The position numbers and the translations under genes were made by a program. From positions 1 through 64,000 of the forward strand of contig DATMBG010000021.1 of the NCBI GenBank assembly GCA_035559535.1: 64,000 nucleotides of DNA, given 5' to 3'. The notes under the pieces were generated by a model, which saw only the letters and a list, made by a program, of their open reading frames with translations, made no database searches and had not been told where the DNA came from. This document shows positions 8,119-18,191 of the stretch, piece after piece. The DNA is from Candidatus Limnocylindrales bacterium. GTDB taxonomy: Bacteria; Moduliflexota; Moduliflexia; Moduliflexales; JAUQPW01. Numbering within the stretch: position 1 is the first letter of the stretch; the number at the start of each line of letters is the position of its first letter.

Positions 8119-10410
8119 TTAGGAAGAAGTATCTGGAACTTTATAAATAATCACCTCACCTTGATGATAAACCGGCTCAAAGGTGGTGTTAAATCCTTCC
8201 AACCCCACCGGGCTGTAAGTTTGCCTTTCCAGGGAACCTACGTAAATGTACTGAATGTGATATTTTTTTAATAAATCTTGAACGGTGGACTTATCCGGAG
8301 CTGTATAAATCGTCTGAATGTCCTGGGTGCGTTCCATAATGGATTTCCAGGTTTGATCCCGCCAGAGAGCTTCATGATTCCCCCAACCCAATACAGTTGG
8401 AAATCCTGTATTGGTGGAAACCCTCCCATAGAAGGAATAAGGTTTCCCGGTGGCTTCTAAAATAACAGGTTGCCCGGAGAGGTTTTCTTTTAGCCATTTT
8501 ATAGCCCGATACTCTTGAGGATAACGAAATTGAATATACAGGGTACCGTCCAGGGTTGGAAGATAGGGAAGGCCTCCATGTTTTGAATCTTTGAATCGAT
8601 TACATTTCTCGTAGGTAGCGGCCACGGGATAAATAACCAGAGCTACCAGCAAAAACATGAAAACATAATCCCAGTAAATTCGGACTTTTTCCTTCAAAAA
8701 CCCCTGGGTATCGATCTCATAGAGTAGATAAGGAACCCCTATGGATAAGAAAATCCAAATCTGATAATAAAATTTGAAGATAGTGTTCTGCCGTTCGAGG
8801 GGATGGGCGTAAAAATCCTTAATATATATCAACTCGCATCCTATCAAAATCGCCGTAGCCACGAAGATCAATCCATAGATAAATTGCGAAGAGGCTTCTC
8901 TCTCCTGTAAGGTTAATACTAAAAATAACAGGGTAAGGGGCAAGGTCAGAGGAATAACCCAGGTATTAAAGACAAGGTATAAGATGGGAAAGGATAACAA
9001 AAGACCTCCCCACAGGGTCCTTTGAACATCTTGCGTAAAGGAACCTAGGATATGTGTGAATTTACAGAAGGCAAAGGTGACCAGGATAAACAAGAAAAAC
9101 CCATAGATAATGAGGTAATAAGCCACCCCGGTCCGTTGAGAGCTTGAAACCATTCGGAGGCTACTGAGAGGAACCTGAGATTTAAAAGATAGATGGAAAG
9201 GCAGGTACAGGATATAACTCCCGGCCAGTAAGACTAAAAAGGTGAAGAAGGTCCATCCAGCATAAGCAGATAATTTCGGTTTCTGGAAATGCGGGCCAGA
9301 AGTTTCTGCCTTTCTAAGATTTCCTAGGAAAAGGCACAAAAGGGTTAAAAGGAGATACGTGGGAAAATCCCATGTGTTAAGAAAGGGAGTTGCACCAAGG
9401 GAGAGACAGAAGGGGAGAAGGGGAAAAAGGGAGCGTGGAAGAACGCGAGGGTGAAAGAGGGAAAGGAAGGAGGAAGGGAACGGCTCTTCCCCTTCTCTGT
9501 TCCTGTTTTCGCCCTTTCTCCCTTTCTCCTTTTCCTTCCAGGTCACCTCATACAACAGGGAAAGAAATAACAAGGCAAGGGGGATCGACATAAAATGGGC
9601 ATGAAGATCTCCCAGTAAGAAGCTGAAGAAGGGGAACTCGTTGATAGTATCTGGAATAATCCGGGAGCTTCTCCACCAGTCAAAGGGAAACAGTCTTCCT
9701 CTCTCCAGCCACTGGATAAGGGCATCGAGATTACCTGCCAGGCACAATAAAAACCCGGTCAAAAAACCATAACGAAATCGCCCTGTTAGCTTAAAACCCA
9801 GACTAAATGCGCCCACGAGGGATAAAGCCGGTATAGTGGCTATGGCTAAATTAAATCCGATGGAAGAGGGAATCCTGGATAATTTAATGACTTGAGCCCA
9901 GATAAAATAGCCAAAATAATAATAGTTAAGAGATTCTCCGGCAAACCAGGTATCCAGGGGGGGAAGGGTTTTACTTTGTAAAATAGCGTTGAGGAAGGTG
10001 AAATCCGGCTCCTTTTCCGCTCCTGTAATATCTGGATTATAGGATCGGATAAAGGCAAAGACCGAATAGGCCGATAAGAAGATAACTTCCAGGAGGAGCA
10101 GCAGTTTAAGGTTTCGTTGAAGGAACTTGATCAGATCCTTACGATGGGGTTGGACGAGTCCGAAACCCACTCCTAAAACGAGAATAAAGGCTACTGACAA
10201 CCAGGCCGTTGTAGTCTGATAAGGGAGCAGATGCAGGCTGGTGAGAAGCCAGCTTATATAAGCACAGAATAACAGTCCCTGGATTTTAGCCAGGGCATAA
10301 CCCCGGTCTGGAAAACTGGGAAAAAGGCGATAAGAAATGGGAAAAGTACTCCATGCCAGAATCTGGAGGATAAGATACCAAATAAACAGGGATAAAAATT
10401 CAGAATTCAT
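8119..10410 (-). CDS. DUF2298 (YYY-domain) polytopic membrane protein, GT-C-like
   Basis: EKEPDF, LNYYYFG, INEFPFFSFLLGDLHAH, NTWDFP, NTIFKFYYQ, PTVLGWGNHE; many TM segments. Confidence 0.88.
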   Translation of the reverse strand: MNSEFLSLFIWYLILQILAWSTFPISYRLFPSFPDRGYALAKIQGLLFCAYISWLLTSLHLLPYQTTTAWLSVAFILVLGVGFGLVQPHRKDLIKFLQRNLKLLLLLEVIFLSAYSVFAFIRSYNPDITGAEKEPDFTFLNAILQSKTLPPLDTWFAGESLNYYYFGYFIWAQVIKLSRIPSSIGFNLAIATIPALSLVGAFSLGFKLTGRFRYGFLTGFLLCLAGNLDALIQWLERGRLFPFDWWRSSRIIPDTINEFPFFSFLLGDLHAHFMSIPLALLFLSLLYEVTWKEKEKGRKGENRNREGEEPFPSSFLSLFHPRVLPRSLFPLLPFCLSLGATPFLNTWDFPTYLLLTLLCLFLGNLRKAETSGPHFQKPKLSAYAGWTFFTFLVLLAGSYILYLPFHLSFKSQVPLSSLRMVSSSQRTGVAYYLIIYGFFLFILVTFAFCKFTHILGSFTQDVQRTLWGGLLLSFPILYLVFNTWVIPLTLPLTLLFLVLTLQEREASSQFIYGLIFVATAILIGCELIYIKDFYAHPLERQNTIFKFYYQIWIFLSIGVPYLLYEIDTQGFLKEKVRIYWDYVFMFLLVALVIYPVAATYEKCNRFKDSKHGGLPYLPTLDGTLYIQFRYPQEYRAIKWLKENLSGQPVILEATGKPYSFYGRVSTNTGFPTVLGWGNHEALWRDQTWKSIMERTQDIQTIYTAPDKSTVQDLLKKYHIQYIYVGSLERQTYSPVGLEGFNTTFEPVYHQGEVIIYKVPDTSS

Positions 10411-10906
10411 AAACGTTACTACCTAACCAACCCTATACAGGGTAAGTTCTAAGGATGTCAGGTGGCTGAACTGTGGGTATCATAAAATTGTTTTTACTAA
10501 AAGTCAATCAAATCCAGGAACTTTTTTCTAATACCGGCTTCAAACTGGTGAGCTGCTTTACTCTCCTTTTTTGGAGCTTTAGCCTACGATTCGAGCTGTT
10601 AAAAGTCATCAAACTAAAGATATTCGGATAATGGGTTGGGTTGGATCGGTTATGAAGGGTGGGATTTGCTATGACGTTCTTTCAGAATTTTAACCTTCAG
10701 GTTTGGACAAACTGTCAAACTAGGCTGTTCCCTCCGGGGGAAGAAGGAGTAGTATTAAATCCCAGACAGAATGTCGAAAGAATCTGGTTCGGTTTAGATA
10801 GATTTCGATTCAGAGTGGGAAAACGGCCATAGAGAACCACCCCTACCGGGTTCTCCTTCAAGATTATAGGAACCTACAAGATAGGGGCCTTCTCTTAGGC
10901 TGGAGA

Positions 10907-10934
10907 CCGGTAGAATAAAACGGTATTCTACCGG
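10907..10934 (-). terminator. 11-bp perfect hairpin directly after the 10936-11403 gene
   Basis: CCGGTAGAATA-AAACGG-TATTCTACCGG. Confidence 0.5.
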
Positions 10935-10935
10935 G

Positions 10936-11403
10936 TTAACGACGATTGAGACGAGATTTGGAATTTAAACGGTTAACATCTCTGATCTGTACAGATTCCT
11001 TGGCTGCAATGGGAGCCTGACCAACTCCTGACGTCTGGTACTGTGGCCATCTCGCATTCTCTGGATTAAACGCAACACGGTCCGATGGTAAAGGTGGTGT
11101 CACGCTCCCAAATCGGGACGTATTTGAAAGACCGTTGTTGTTAAACCAGGGCCACCGTGCACCTTCCGGATTAAAGGCAGTTTGATTTGAGTTCTGTCCT
11201 CTATCCGGTAGTAAAGCAGGTGGAAGGGGTGTTACAGGCTCAGCGGTCGACTGATTGAACCAGGGCCATTTAGCCGCTGCCGGATCAAATTCTGTACGAT
11301 TTCCATTACCAAACCGATCCAGAGCTGTAACTCCGGTCACCGTGAAAAGCAACAGGCTTATCACCGCAACAAAAAAGATAGACTGAATTTTAAACCAAGA
11401 CAT
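10936..11403 (-). CDS. Secreted hypothetical protein with three F[DN]PxxA[KR]WP repeats
   Basis: AAGGAGG SD, hydrophobic signal peptide, repeats FDPAAAKWPWFN / FNPEGARWPWFN / FNPENARWPQYQ. Confidence 0.75.
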   Translation of the reverse strand: MSWFKIQSIFFVAVISLLLFTVTGVTALDRFGNGNRTEFDPAAAKWPWFNQSTAEPVTPLPPALLPDRGQNSNQTAFNPEGARWPWFNNNGLSNTSRFGSVTPPLPSDRVAFNPENARWPQYQTSGVGQAPIAAKESVQIRDVNRLNSKSRLNRR

Positions 11404-11585
11404 ACTGTAACCTCCTTTTTTTAAGAATGTTGTGGGTTATACCCTCTCCGTGTTGGAATGTAACATAACTGGTAGGAGCAGTTCTCTATGGCTATCCTGT
11501 TAAAAGGCAATACCGTAAGGTCGTCCTACCCTTTATGAAACATTTTCACGGTAAATGGGTAACCATTAGACATTTTAAATTATCT

Positions 11586-11600
11586 CCAAATTTTATGCCA
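11586..11600 (-). promoter_or_regulatory. Imperfect sigma54 (-24/-12) promoter candidate
   Basis: TGGCATAAAATTTGG on the minus strand: GG-N10-GG, with GG replacing the -12 GC. Confidence 0.35.
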
Positions 11601-11742
11601 GAGCTTTTAAAGCAAAAAAGCCCTCCCTACACAGGGAAAGGCCATTGATATTCCAGAAATTTTGACAAAAAGTCGTTGGTTTCTTGTTTCTGACTCCACT
11701 TTTTATGACACTACTTAGAAGTTGAGAAGTTTTCCTCAAATT

Positions 11743-13299
11743 TTATTTTTGACTTAATCCGCTTCCTTTCCAGCTTCTTAGGAACTCAACCAGCAACCGT
11801 ACTCCAAAACCGGTTCCTCCTTCAGGAATATAAGGTTTCTCTTCAAAATTGCGGGCCACATTGGCAATATCCAGGTGAACCCAGGGAAAACCTTCGGCAA
11901 AATAGCTCAGGAAAGCTCCCCCCATAATCGTACCGGCTCCTACATCTTCGGTAATATTTTTTAGATCGGCTATCTTACTCTTGGCCAATTCCCTGTAATC
12001 CTCCCATAAAGGAAGTTCCCAAACCCGTTCACCGGAAGTTTCTCCGGCCTGACGGATCTTATCCAGAAGAGATTTATCATTTCCCATCATAGCGGCTGCA
12101 ACCCGACCGAGGGTAATGGCGCAGGCACCGGTAAGAGTTGCCAGATCAATAACGGCCTGGGGATTGTATCTTTTAGCATAGGCCAGGACGTCCGCGAGGA
12201 TCAACCGACCCTCCGCATCGGTATCTAGAATTTCGATGGTGATCCCGGAGAGGGAAGTAACGACATCACCGGGTTTTGTGGCTTTACCACTGGGGAGGTT
12301 CTCGGCAGCTCCTATCAATCCCACTACGTGAAGGGGGAGATCCAGCAGCGCTATAGCCTGCAGGGTACCTAACACAACCGCGGCTCCGGACATATCGGTC
12401 TTCATCTGGTACATCCCCTTTGAGGGTTTCAGAGAAATTCCCCCACTATCAAAGGTTACACCCTTACCGGCTAAAACTATGGTACCCAAAGCCGAACTAC
12501 CCTCTGGTTCTTTGCCGATTGCTGCTTGCTTCGGATCGTGTTCCAGAATTACAAATCGGGGAGGCTCTTCGCTTCCCTTTGCAACGGCTAACAAAGCTCC
12601 CATTTTAAGATCTGAGATCTCTTTTTCCGTCAGGATCTGACATCTTAAACGGCAGGTTTCGGCCATCCGCCTGGCCTGATGGGCCAGCTCCGAGGGAGTC
12701 AGGATATTCGCCGGCGTATTAATCAAGTCCCGAGCAAAGTTAACGGCTCCTGAGATAATCCGGGCCGTACGAATTTCCTCTTCTACTTCTGCTAACCTTT
12801 GCTCATCGGTGCAGATAAGGATCATGCGATCTATCTCCCTGGCATCCTCTTCTTTCTTAGACTTATAGGGATCAAATTTATAGAGTCCCAGTAACGTTCC
12901 TTCAACCAAAGCCTGGGCTTCTCTGGGATTACCTGTTCCGGGAAGCAGAGTCGCAAAACTGGTAAATCCCTTCCTTGAAATTTCTTTTGCAGCCTTACCT
13001 GCCGCACGACGGAGGGTTTCCAGATTAAATTCCTCTTTTTTTCCAAGCCCTACAAGCAGAACGGCTTTTGCAGTGAGAGTCGGATCGGTTCCCTGTTTGC
13101 TTAAATAAATCAGTTGGGTTTCCAGGACCTTTCCTTTGAAGTTGTTTCCTTGCAAGACCCGATGGATCATCCCCTGGAGGGATTGATCCAGGGACTTGAC
13201 AGGTTCTGTGAGATCTTTCGTTTTCTCAAAAAAATTCAAAACGAGGACGTCCACAGACTCCTCGTGGATCTTTCCTGTTCTGGCCAGAATCTGTTTCAT
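11743..13299 (-). CDS. pepA: Leucyl aminopeptidase (M17)
   Basis: GKGVTFDSGG, MKTDMSGA, DTDAEGRLILAD, ATLTGA, WVHLDIA; start at ATG 13299 (MKQILAR). Confidence 0.93.
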   Translation of the reverse strand: MKQILARTGKIHEESVDVLVLNFFEKTKDLTEPVKSLDQSLQGMIHRVLQGNNFKGKVLETQLIYLSKQGTDPTLTAKAVLLVGLGKKEEFNLETLRRAAGKAAKEISRKGFTSFATLLPGTGNPREAQALVEGTLLGLYKFDPYKSKKEEDAREIDRMILICTDEQRLAEVEEEIRTARIISGAVNFARDLINTPANILTPSELAHQARRMAETCRLRCQILTEKEISDLKMGALLAVAKGSEEPPRFVILEHDPKQAAIGKEPEGSSALGTIVLAGKGVTFDSGGISLKPSKGMYQMKTDMSGAAVVLGTLQAIALLDLPLHVVGLIGAAENLPSGKATKPGDVVTSLSGITIEILDTDAEGRLILADVLAYAKRYNPQAVIDLATLTGACAITLGRVAAAMMGNDKSLLDKIRQAGETSGERVWELPLWEDYRELAKSKIADLKNITEDVGAGTIMGGAFLSYFAEGFPWVHLDIANVARNFEEKPYIPEGGTGFGVRLLVEFLRSWKGSGLSQK

Positions 13300-13592
13300 A
13301 TTTCTACTAAAATCTTCCAAATGGTTGGATTGAAGAGGACAAGATTTGCCTGTGATTGGGTTTCTGTCTTTACATAATCCAGCATTTCCCAGATCCGATC
13401 TTCGGTAGGCGGAACTACCGGAAGCCCATCGGTCCAGCCTTTCTGGAAATAAAACTCAATAGCTTCTAGAGAATCCTTCACTTCAAACCTTCGGGATAGC
13501 AATTCTCTGCTGGCATTTAGCTCAAAAATCAAAGAGGTAGAAGGTAAAAGCCATAAAGCAGCGGCCGTTAGGCAGGTTTGTATAGACTTCAA
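13296..13592 (-). pseudogene. Short ORF carrying only an N-terminal GWTDGLPVVPPT segment (gene fragment or mini-protein)
   Basis: FYFQKGWTDGLPVVPPTEDRIWEML motif, recalled from much longer uncharacterised proteins; the flanking residues do not look like the rest of that family. Confidence 0.5.
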
Positions 13593-13957
13593 TCTCCCAT
13601 AATAGGCGTCGGTCGACCGTTTTCATCGACCGCCACGTAAATAACTTCAGCCTCCGTTACCCTAACCTTGGATTTATGACTCGTTCCACGTTCTGCTTCG
13701 ACTATAACGTGGACCGTTAAAGAGGTGCGCCCTACCCGAATGACCTGGGCATAAAAACTTACCAGATCTCCCACATATACAGGGGCCACAAACTCTACTT
13801 CCCGCATGGCCTTGGTAACAAACCTTTTAGGAGCGTATTTATGGGCCTCTATCCCCCCGGCCAGGTCAATATAGCTCAAAATAACCCCACCAAAAATAGT
13901 CCCAAACCCGTTGGTATCCCGGGGGAGCATCATCACGCGAATAGCTGGCTCTTGCAC
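13589..13957 (-). CDS. Acyl-CoA thioesterase (hotdog fold, YciA-like)
   Basis: [38 protein letters not shown]. Confidence 0.92.
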   Translation of the reverse strand: MQEPAIRVMMLPRDTNGFGTIFGGVILSYIDLAGGIEAHKYAPKRFVTKAMREVEFVAPVYVGDLVSFYAQVIRVGRTSLTVHVIVEAERGTSHKSKVRVTEAEVIYVAVDENGRPTPIMGD

Positions 13958-14040
13958 AAATTAATCGATGCCAGATAAGGGATGACCCTTAAGGTCAGAA
14001 GTTAAAAGCCAGAGGTCCTTCCGGCTTCTAACCCTATCCT

Positions 14041-14937
14041 TTACCCTGCATCACTCGGTGAGAGGGTTTTGATCAGATTCCCGGTTTTGGCGTCCCAAAT
14101 GCGAATAGTATCGTCGAAGCTGCCGCTGGCCAGATAATTACCATCCGGGCTGTAAGAAACCGACATAACCTGTTTGGTATGCCCTTTAATTAACAACTCT
14201 AAGTTTCCCGTTTCAAGATTCCAGATTCGAATGGAATGATCATCCTTTCCCCCTCCACTGGCCAGGTGCTTTCCATCCGGGCTATAAGAAAGACTCATCA
14301 CAGATCCCGTATGACCCAGCAGCCTGTGAATTTCCCTTCCTGTCTGGGTATCCCATATTTTGATGGAATCATCAAAACTTCCGCTGGCTAAATAGGAACC
14401 ATCTTCCAGATAAACCAGGGTTTTAACATGTTTTAAATGCCCTTCCAGTATAAATTGGGTCTCTTCCGTTTCCACATTCCAGATTCTGATCTTTCGATCC
14501 ATTCCTCCACTAGCTAAATAGCGGCCATCTGGACTGTAACAAACCGTAAAGACCTGATCTGTATGACCCTCCAGGGTTTTTACCTCTTTAGTAGTCAGAT
14601 TACAAATTTTAACCTGCCTGTCCCGACTGCCACTGGCTATACTCTCTCCATCAGGACTATAAACTACACTGAATACATCTGCCGTATGGATTTTTAAGCT
14701 GTATAATGCTTTACCCGTTGCCGCTTCCCATATTCGAATACTTTTATCTCTACTTCCACTGAGGATGTACCTTCCATCTGGACTGTAACAGACGCTATAC
14801 ACCGCATCATAATGTCCCCCCAACATCATGACTTCTTTGCCGGTTTGAACTTCAAAGATTTTTACCTGGCTATTGCTACTACTGGCTACCAGATAATTTC
14901 CATCTGGACTATAAGCAACACAGGTAACTTTAATCAT
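14041..14937 (-). CDS. WD40-repeat beta-propeller protein (about 7 repeats)
   Basis: Repeated GH....V..V.YSPDG..LASGS.D..I.IW. Confidence 0.93.
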   Translation of the reverse strand: MIKVTCVAYSPDGNYLVASSSNSQVKIFEVQTGKEVMMLGGHYDAVYSVCYSPDGRYILSGSRDKSIRIWEAATGKALYSLKIHTADVFSVVYSPDGESIASGSRDRQVKICNLTTKEVKTLEGHTDQVFTVCYSPDGRYLASGGMDRKIRIWNVETEETQFILEGHLKHVKTLVYLEDGSYLASGSFDDSIKIWDTQTGREIHRLLGHTGSVMSLSYSPDGKHLASGGGKDDHSIRIWNLETGNLELLIKGHTKQVMSVSYSPDGNYLASGSFDDTIRIWDAKTGNLIKTLSPSDAG

Positions 14938-15076
14938 TTTAACCTATCAGAATTCAGAGGCCAGAATTCAGAAGAAGGAATACAACCTCTTAACCTAGTT
15001 TTGCCCTTCTATCCATCCGGGAATGATTCCGTGGGTAAGATCTAAATTCTGACTCCTGAGTAACTTCTAAAACGAT

Positions 15077-15532
15077 TTACAGTTCATGGTACTTCAAAAT
15101 CTTCAACATCACTCTAGGCTGACGGGGATCTAACTTTTGCCTGACTTCATAAAACTCGTTGAGTTTAGTTATTTCTTCTGAAACGTAGGCCTGATAGGCT
15201 TCATGAACCTTTTCCAGGGTCCAGTCGACTCGGGTTGGACTCCAATGATAACCCTTAGAAAACTCCATAGGATCATTCTCCACCTGAGTGATATAATTTA
15301 CGGCACATTTTGTACAAACAGCATAACCTTGAAACCACCAATCTCTGCGGAGCTCGCGCTCTGAACCTTCCACCTTCTCGTAATCACAGCTAAAAAAGCG
15401 TACATTTAACCTGTTTCCACAATTCAGGCAAGGTTGTTTCTTTAATATTTCTACAGCTCCTCTGGCATTTCCAGGGGAAATAAGATCATATTTGAAACGA
15501 TCCCACAGTCCCATTTTTGCTTGTGGGTCCAT
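15077..15532 (-). CDS. Hypothetical protein with two CxxC motifs (putative Zn-binding)
   Basis: CLNC and CTKC; 151 aa, co-oriented with neighbours. Confidence 0.65.
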   Translation of the reverse strand: MDPQAKMGLWDRFKYDLISPGNARGAVEILKKQPCLNCGNRLNVRFFSCDYEKVEGSERELRRDWWFQGYAVCTKCAVNYITQVENDPMEFSKGYHWSPTRVDWTLEKVHEAYQAYVSEEITKLNEFYEVRQKLDPRQPRVMLKILKYHEL

Positions 15533-15608
15533 GTAAATACAGGAGCAATTTCAGACAACCAGCTTATCCACCGGTCATTTTGGATTAAGACAAGGACCCA
15601 GGACCTCT

Positions 15609-17687
15609 TTATTCTAAAGATAGCCAGGGGACCTGAAAAGTTCCAGGAATTTCAATAATAGTTGTAAAATTCGAATATAGAGCCTCTTTAAGGGCAGATT
15701 TTAGTTCTGAAGGATCCTTTAATCGAATTCCTCGCGCCCCAAAAGCTTCTGCAAACTTTACAAAATCAGGGGTATAGAGATCTACCTCAAAGCTACGACC
15801 ATATCGAATTTCTTGAAAACCCTTGAGAACCCCATAGCTTCTGTCGTTAAAAATTAGTATGGGAATATTTAGCTGATATTTGACTGCTGTAGCCAGTTCC
15901 TGGCAAGTAAACATAAACCCCCCATCTCCACAAAGGGCTATAACCTGTCGGTCAGGATAGGCCACTTTAGCTCCAATTGCAGCAGGTAAGCCAAACCCCA
16001 AGGTGGTAGAACCATAAGGATATAAGAACGTCCGTGGCCGACGTACTTTAAAATACCGCCCAGTCCAGTAAGTCATAATGGTCATATCATTGGCCACAAT
16101 GGCATCTGGCTCTAAAACCTCTTGGAGATCCCAAACTATCTGGAGTTCTTTTTCCCGACGGCCCGACTTGAGAAGCCCTTCAATTTCCTTTTTCAACTCA
16201 GTCACCGTATTTTGTACTTCTTCCCATTCAGAGACTCGAGATAGATTTTTTTCTTTTAGTTCCTTCAAGATTTCTGCCAAAACTTGTCTGGCATCCCCCA
16301 CAATACCTACCTCGACCGGATAGTTTTTTCCGATCTCTTTCTCATCCAGGTCAATCTGGATCCTTCGCACCGGTAAAGGTAACCGCCAATTATCGGTGGT
16401 CGCTTCACCCAGTTTTGTCCCAATGATCATTAAACAATCGACTTTAGATAGAAATTTCTGTACGAAGGGACTCTTCACCGGATTTCCTCTATAGATAAGG
16501 AGTCCATTTATACAACCCAGGGCCAGAGGGTGATCTTCGGGGAGGATTCCCTTTCCCTGAAAGGTTGTTATAACCGGAGCACTCAACCGTTCTGCAAGCT
16601 CACGGATTTCTAACTCAGCCCCTGATCGAATCGTTCCACCGCCGGCTAAAATTAAAGGATTTCTAACTTGATGTAAGATGTCTATCGCCTCTTTAATCTT
16701 TTGGGGATCACCGGATCTCCTCGTCCACGGAACCTTCTCCGGGATAGTTATCTGACCTTCGCTACTTAGAATATCTGTGGGAATTTCGATCTGTACCGGC
16801 CCGGGTCTCTGGGTTTTTAATTTTTTGAAGGCTTCCCGGATCACGGAAGGGATTTCCTCCACTGACTTCACGCGATGATTCCATCGGGTAACCGATTTAA
16901 ACAGATTATAATGATCTTTAACTTCATGAACCCCTCCTTTTCCGCTATCCACCAACTTAGAATGAATTTGTGCCATGAGAATTAAGACCGGAGAAGAGCT
17001 CGCGTAGGCTTCCATAGCCGGGGTAATGACATTACCTCCCCCTGGACCCGGGGTTATTAAACAAACGCCCGGTTTTCCGGTTACCCTTGCATAGGCATCG
17101 GCCATAAATCCGGCTCCCTGTTCGTGCATAGTCTGAATGTGACGGATCTCGGGGTAATCTATCAACACATCATAAAGAGGTAGTGCATGAACTCCAGGAA
17201 TCCCAAAAATAACTTCGGTCCCCTCTGCCTTCAGGGTTTGAATAACTGCCTCTGCTCCCTTCATCCGATAGGATTTCCCTGACAGGCTATCTGTTGGTTG
17301 TTCCGGTTTTGCTTTGGCTGCAAACCTCTTTTTATCGATAATCGCCCGTTCATGGAATCCTTCCCCGATTTTTTCCCTTTCGTTATAGGCTTCTACTTCG
17401 AACATACAGCGTCTATCACGGATCTCGATCAACCGGGATCTGGCCGTAACCTTCATTCCTATCGGGGTTGGTCTCAGGTGTCTGATATTCACGGCTGTTC
17501 CCACAGAACTTTCTCCTTGATCTAAATAGGGCTCTAAGAGCTTCCTGGAGGTATCTTCCATGAGTCTGATCATGGAAGGAGTCGAGAAAACCGAGGGATA
17601 CTCGGGACCTAAGTACGTGATTCCCTCTTCAGGTGCTACGGTAATCGTCTGTTCAAAACTTAATCCAACTTTAAGTCCTTCTTTCAT
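15609..17687 (-). CDS. Fusion: FlK-like hotdog thioesterase + TPP-dependent acetolactate-synthase-family enzyme
   Basis: N-terminal ~125 aa VFSTPSMIRLME / SVGT.VNIRHLRPTP / GFHER; then IFGIPGVH, HEQGAGFMADAYAR, GDGGF..FNDRSYG. Confidence 0.88.
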   Translation of the reverse strand: MKEGLKVGLSFEQTITVAPEEGITYLGPEYPSVFSTPSMIRLMEDTSRKLLEPYLDQGESSVGTAVNIRHLRPTPIGMKVTARSRLIEIRDRRCMFEVEAYNEREKIGEGFHERAIIDKKRFAAKAKPEQPTDSLSGKSYRMKGAEAVIQTLKAEGTEVIFGIPGVHALPLYDVLIDYPEIRHIQTMHEQGAGFMADAYARVTGKPGVCLITPGPGGGNVITPAMEAYASSSPVLILMAQIHSKLVDSGKGGVHEVKDHYNLFKSVTRWNHRVKSVEEIPSVIREAFKKLKTQRPGPVQIEIPTDILSSEGQITIPEKVPWTRRSGDPQKIKEAIDILHQVRNPLILAGGGTIRSGAELEIRELAERLSAPVITTFQGKGILPEDHPLALGCINGLLIYRGNPVKSPFVQKFLSKVDCLMIIGTKLGEATTDNWRLPLPVRRIQIDLDEKEIGKNYPVEVGIVGDARQVLAEILKELKEKNLSRVSEWEEVQNTVTELKKEIEGLLKSGRREKELQIVWDLQEVLEPDAIVANDMTIMTYWTGRYFKVRRPRTFLYPYGSTTLGFGLPAAIGAKVAYPDRQVIALCGDGGFMFTCQELATAVKYQLNIPILIFNDRSYGVLKGFQEIRYGRSFEVDLYTPDFVKFAEAFGARGIRLKDPSELKSALKEALYSNFTTIIEIPGTFQVPWLSLE

Positions 17688-17956
17688 GGGTTATAACCCA
17701 CGAATTATACGAATCACATAAATCCGTTTAATCCAGGGTTGTAGGAGATTTAAAGCCTGCCTTCTTTAGAATGATCCTGTTACCTGTATTTAATGCGATG
17801 GGGTCCCTGTTGTCAAGATGCAGTTTGGACTTACCCGGCAAACCTAGTCGGAAATAAACTTTTTATTGACGGGATCAACCTTTCTTTTATAAAATTTAAA
17901 TAGTTATTCACTCTAAAAATCCAAAGAACGTAAAAGGAATAAAGGGGGCTAGGGAA

Positions 17957-18190
17957 TTGAACGAACTTTTTCAAGCTTTGGATCTGCTCTTAGAACAGAT
18001 GATTTCCCAGCAAAGGGAAAAAGTCTACCAGGTTGCTCAAGAAATTAATCCTCGATTAACTCGGGAGGATATCCTGGATCCTCCCGGTTTTCCAGAGCTG
18101 GCTTCCAACCCCAGGTTTAATTATGAAGATGGTATTCTGGCCGGGCTGATCAGTGCCCAGATGGCCCTTCGGGCTCATATACAACGTTAA
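17957..18190 (+). CDS. Small conserved-looking hypothetical protein
   Basis: 77 aa, TTG start, motif LTREDILDP..F..L...P.FNYEDGILAG; next gene starts 2 nt later. Confidence 0.65.
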   Translation: MNELFQALDLLLEQMISQQREKVYQVAQEINPRLTREDILDPPGFPELASNPRFNYEDGILAGLISAQMALRAHIQR

Positions 18191-18191
18191 G

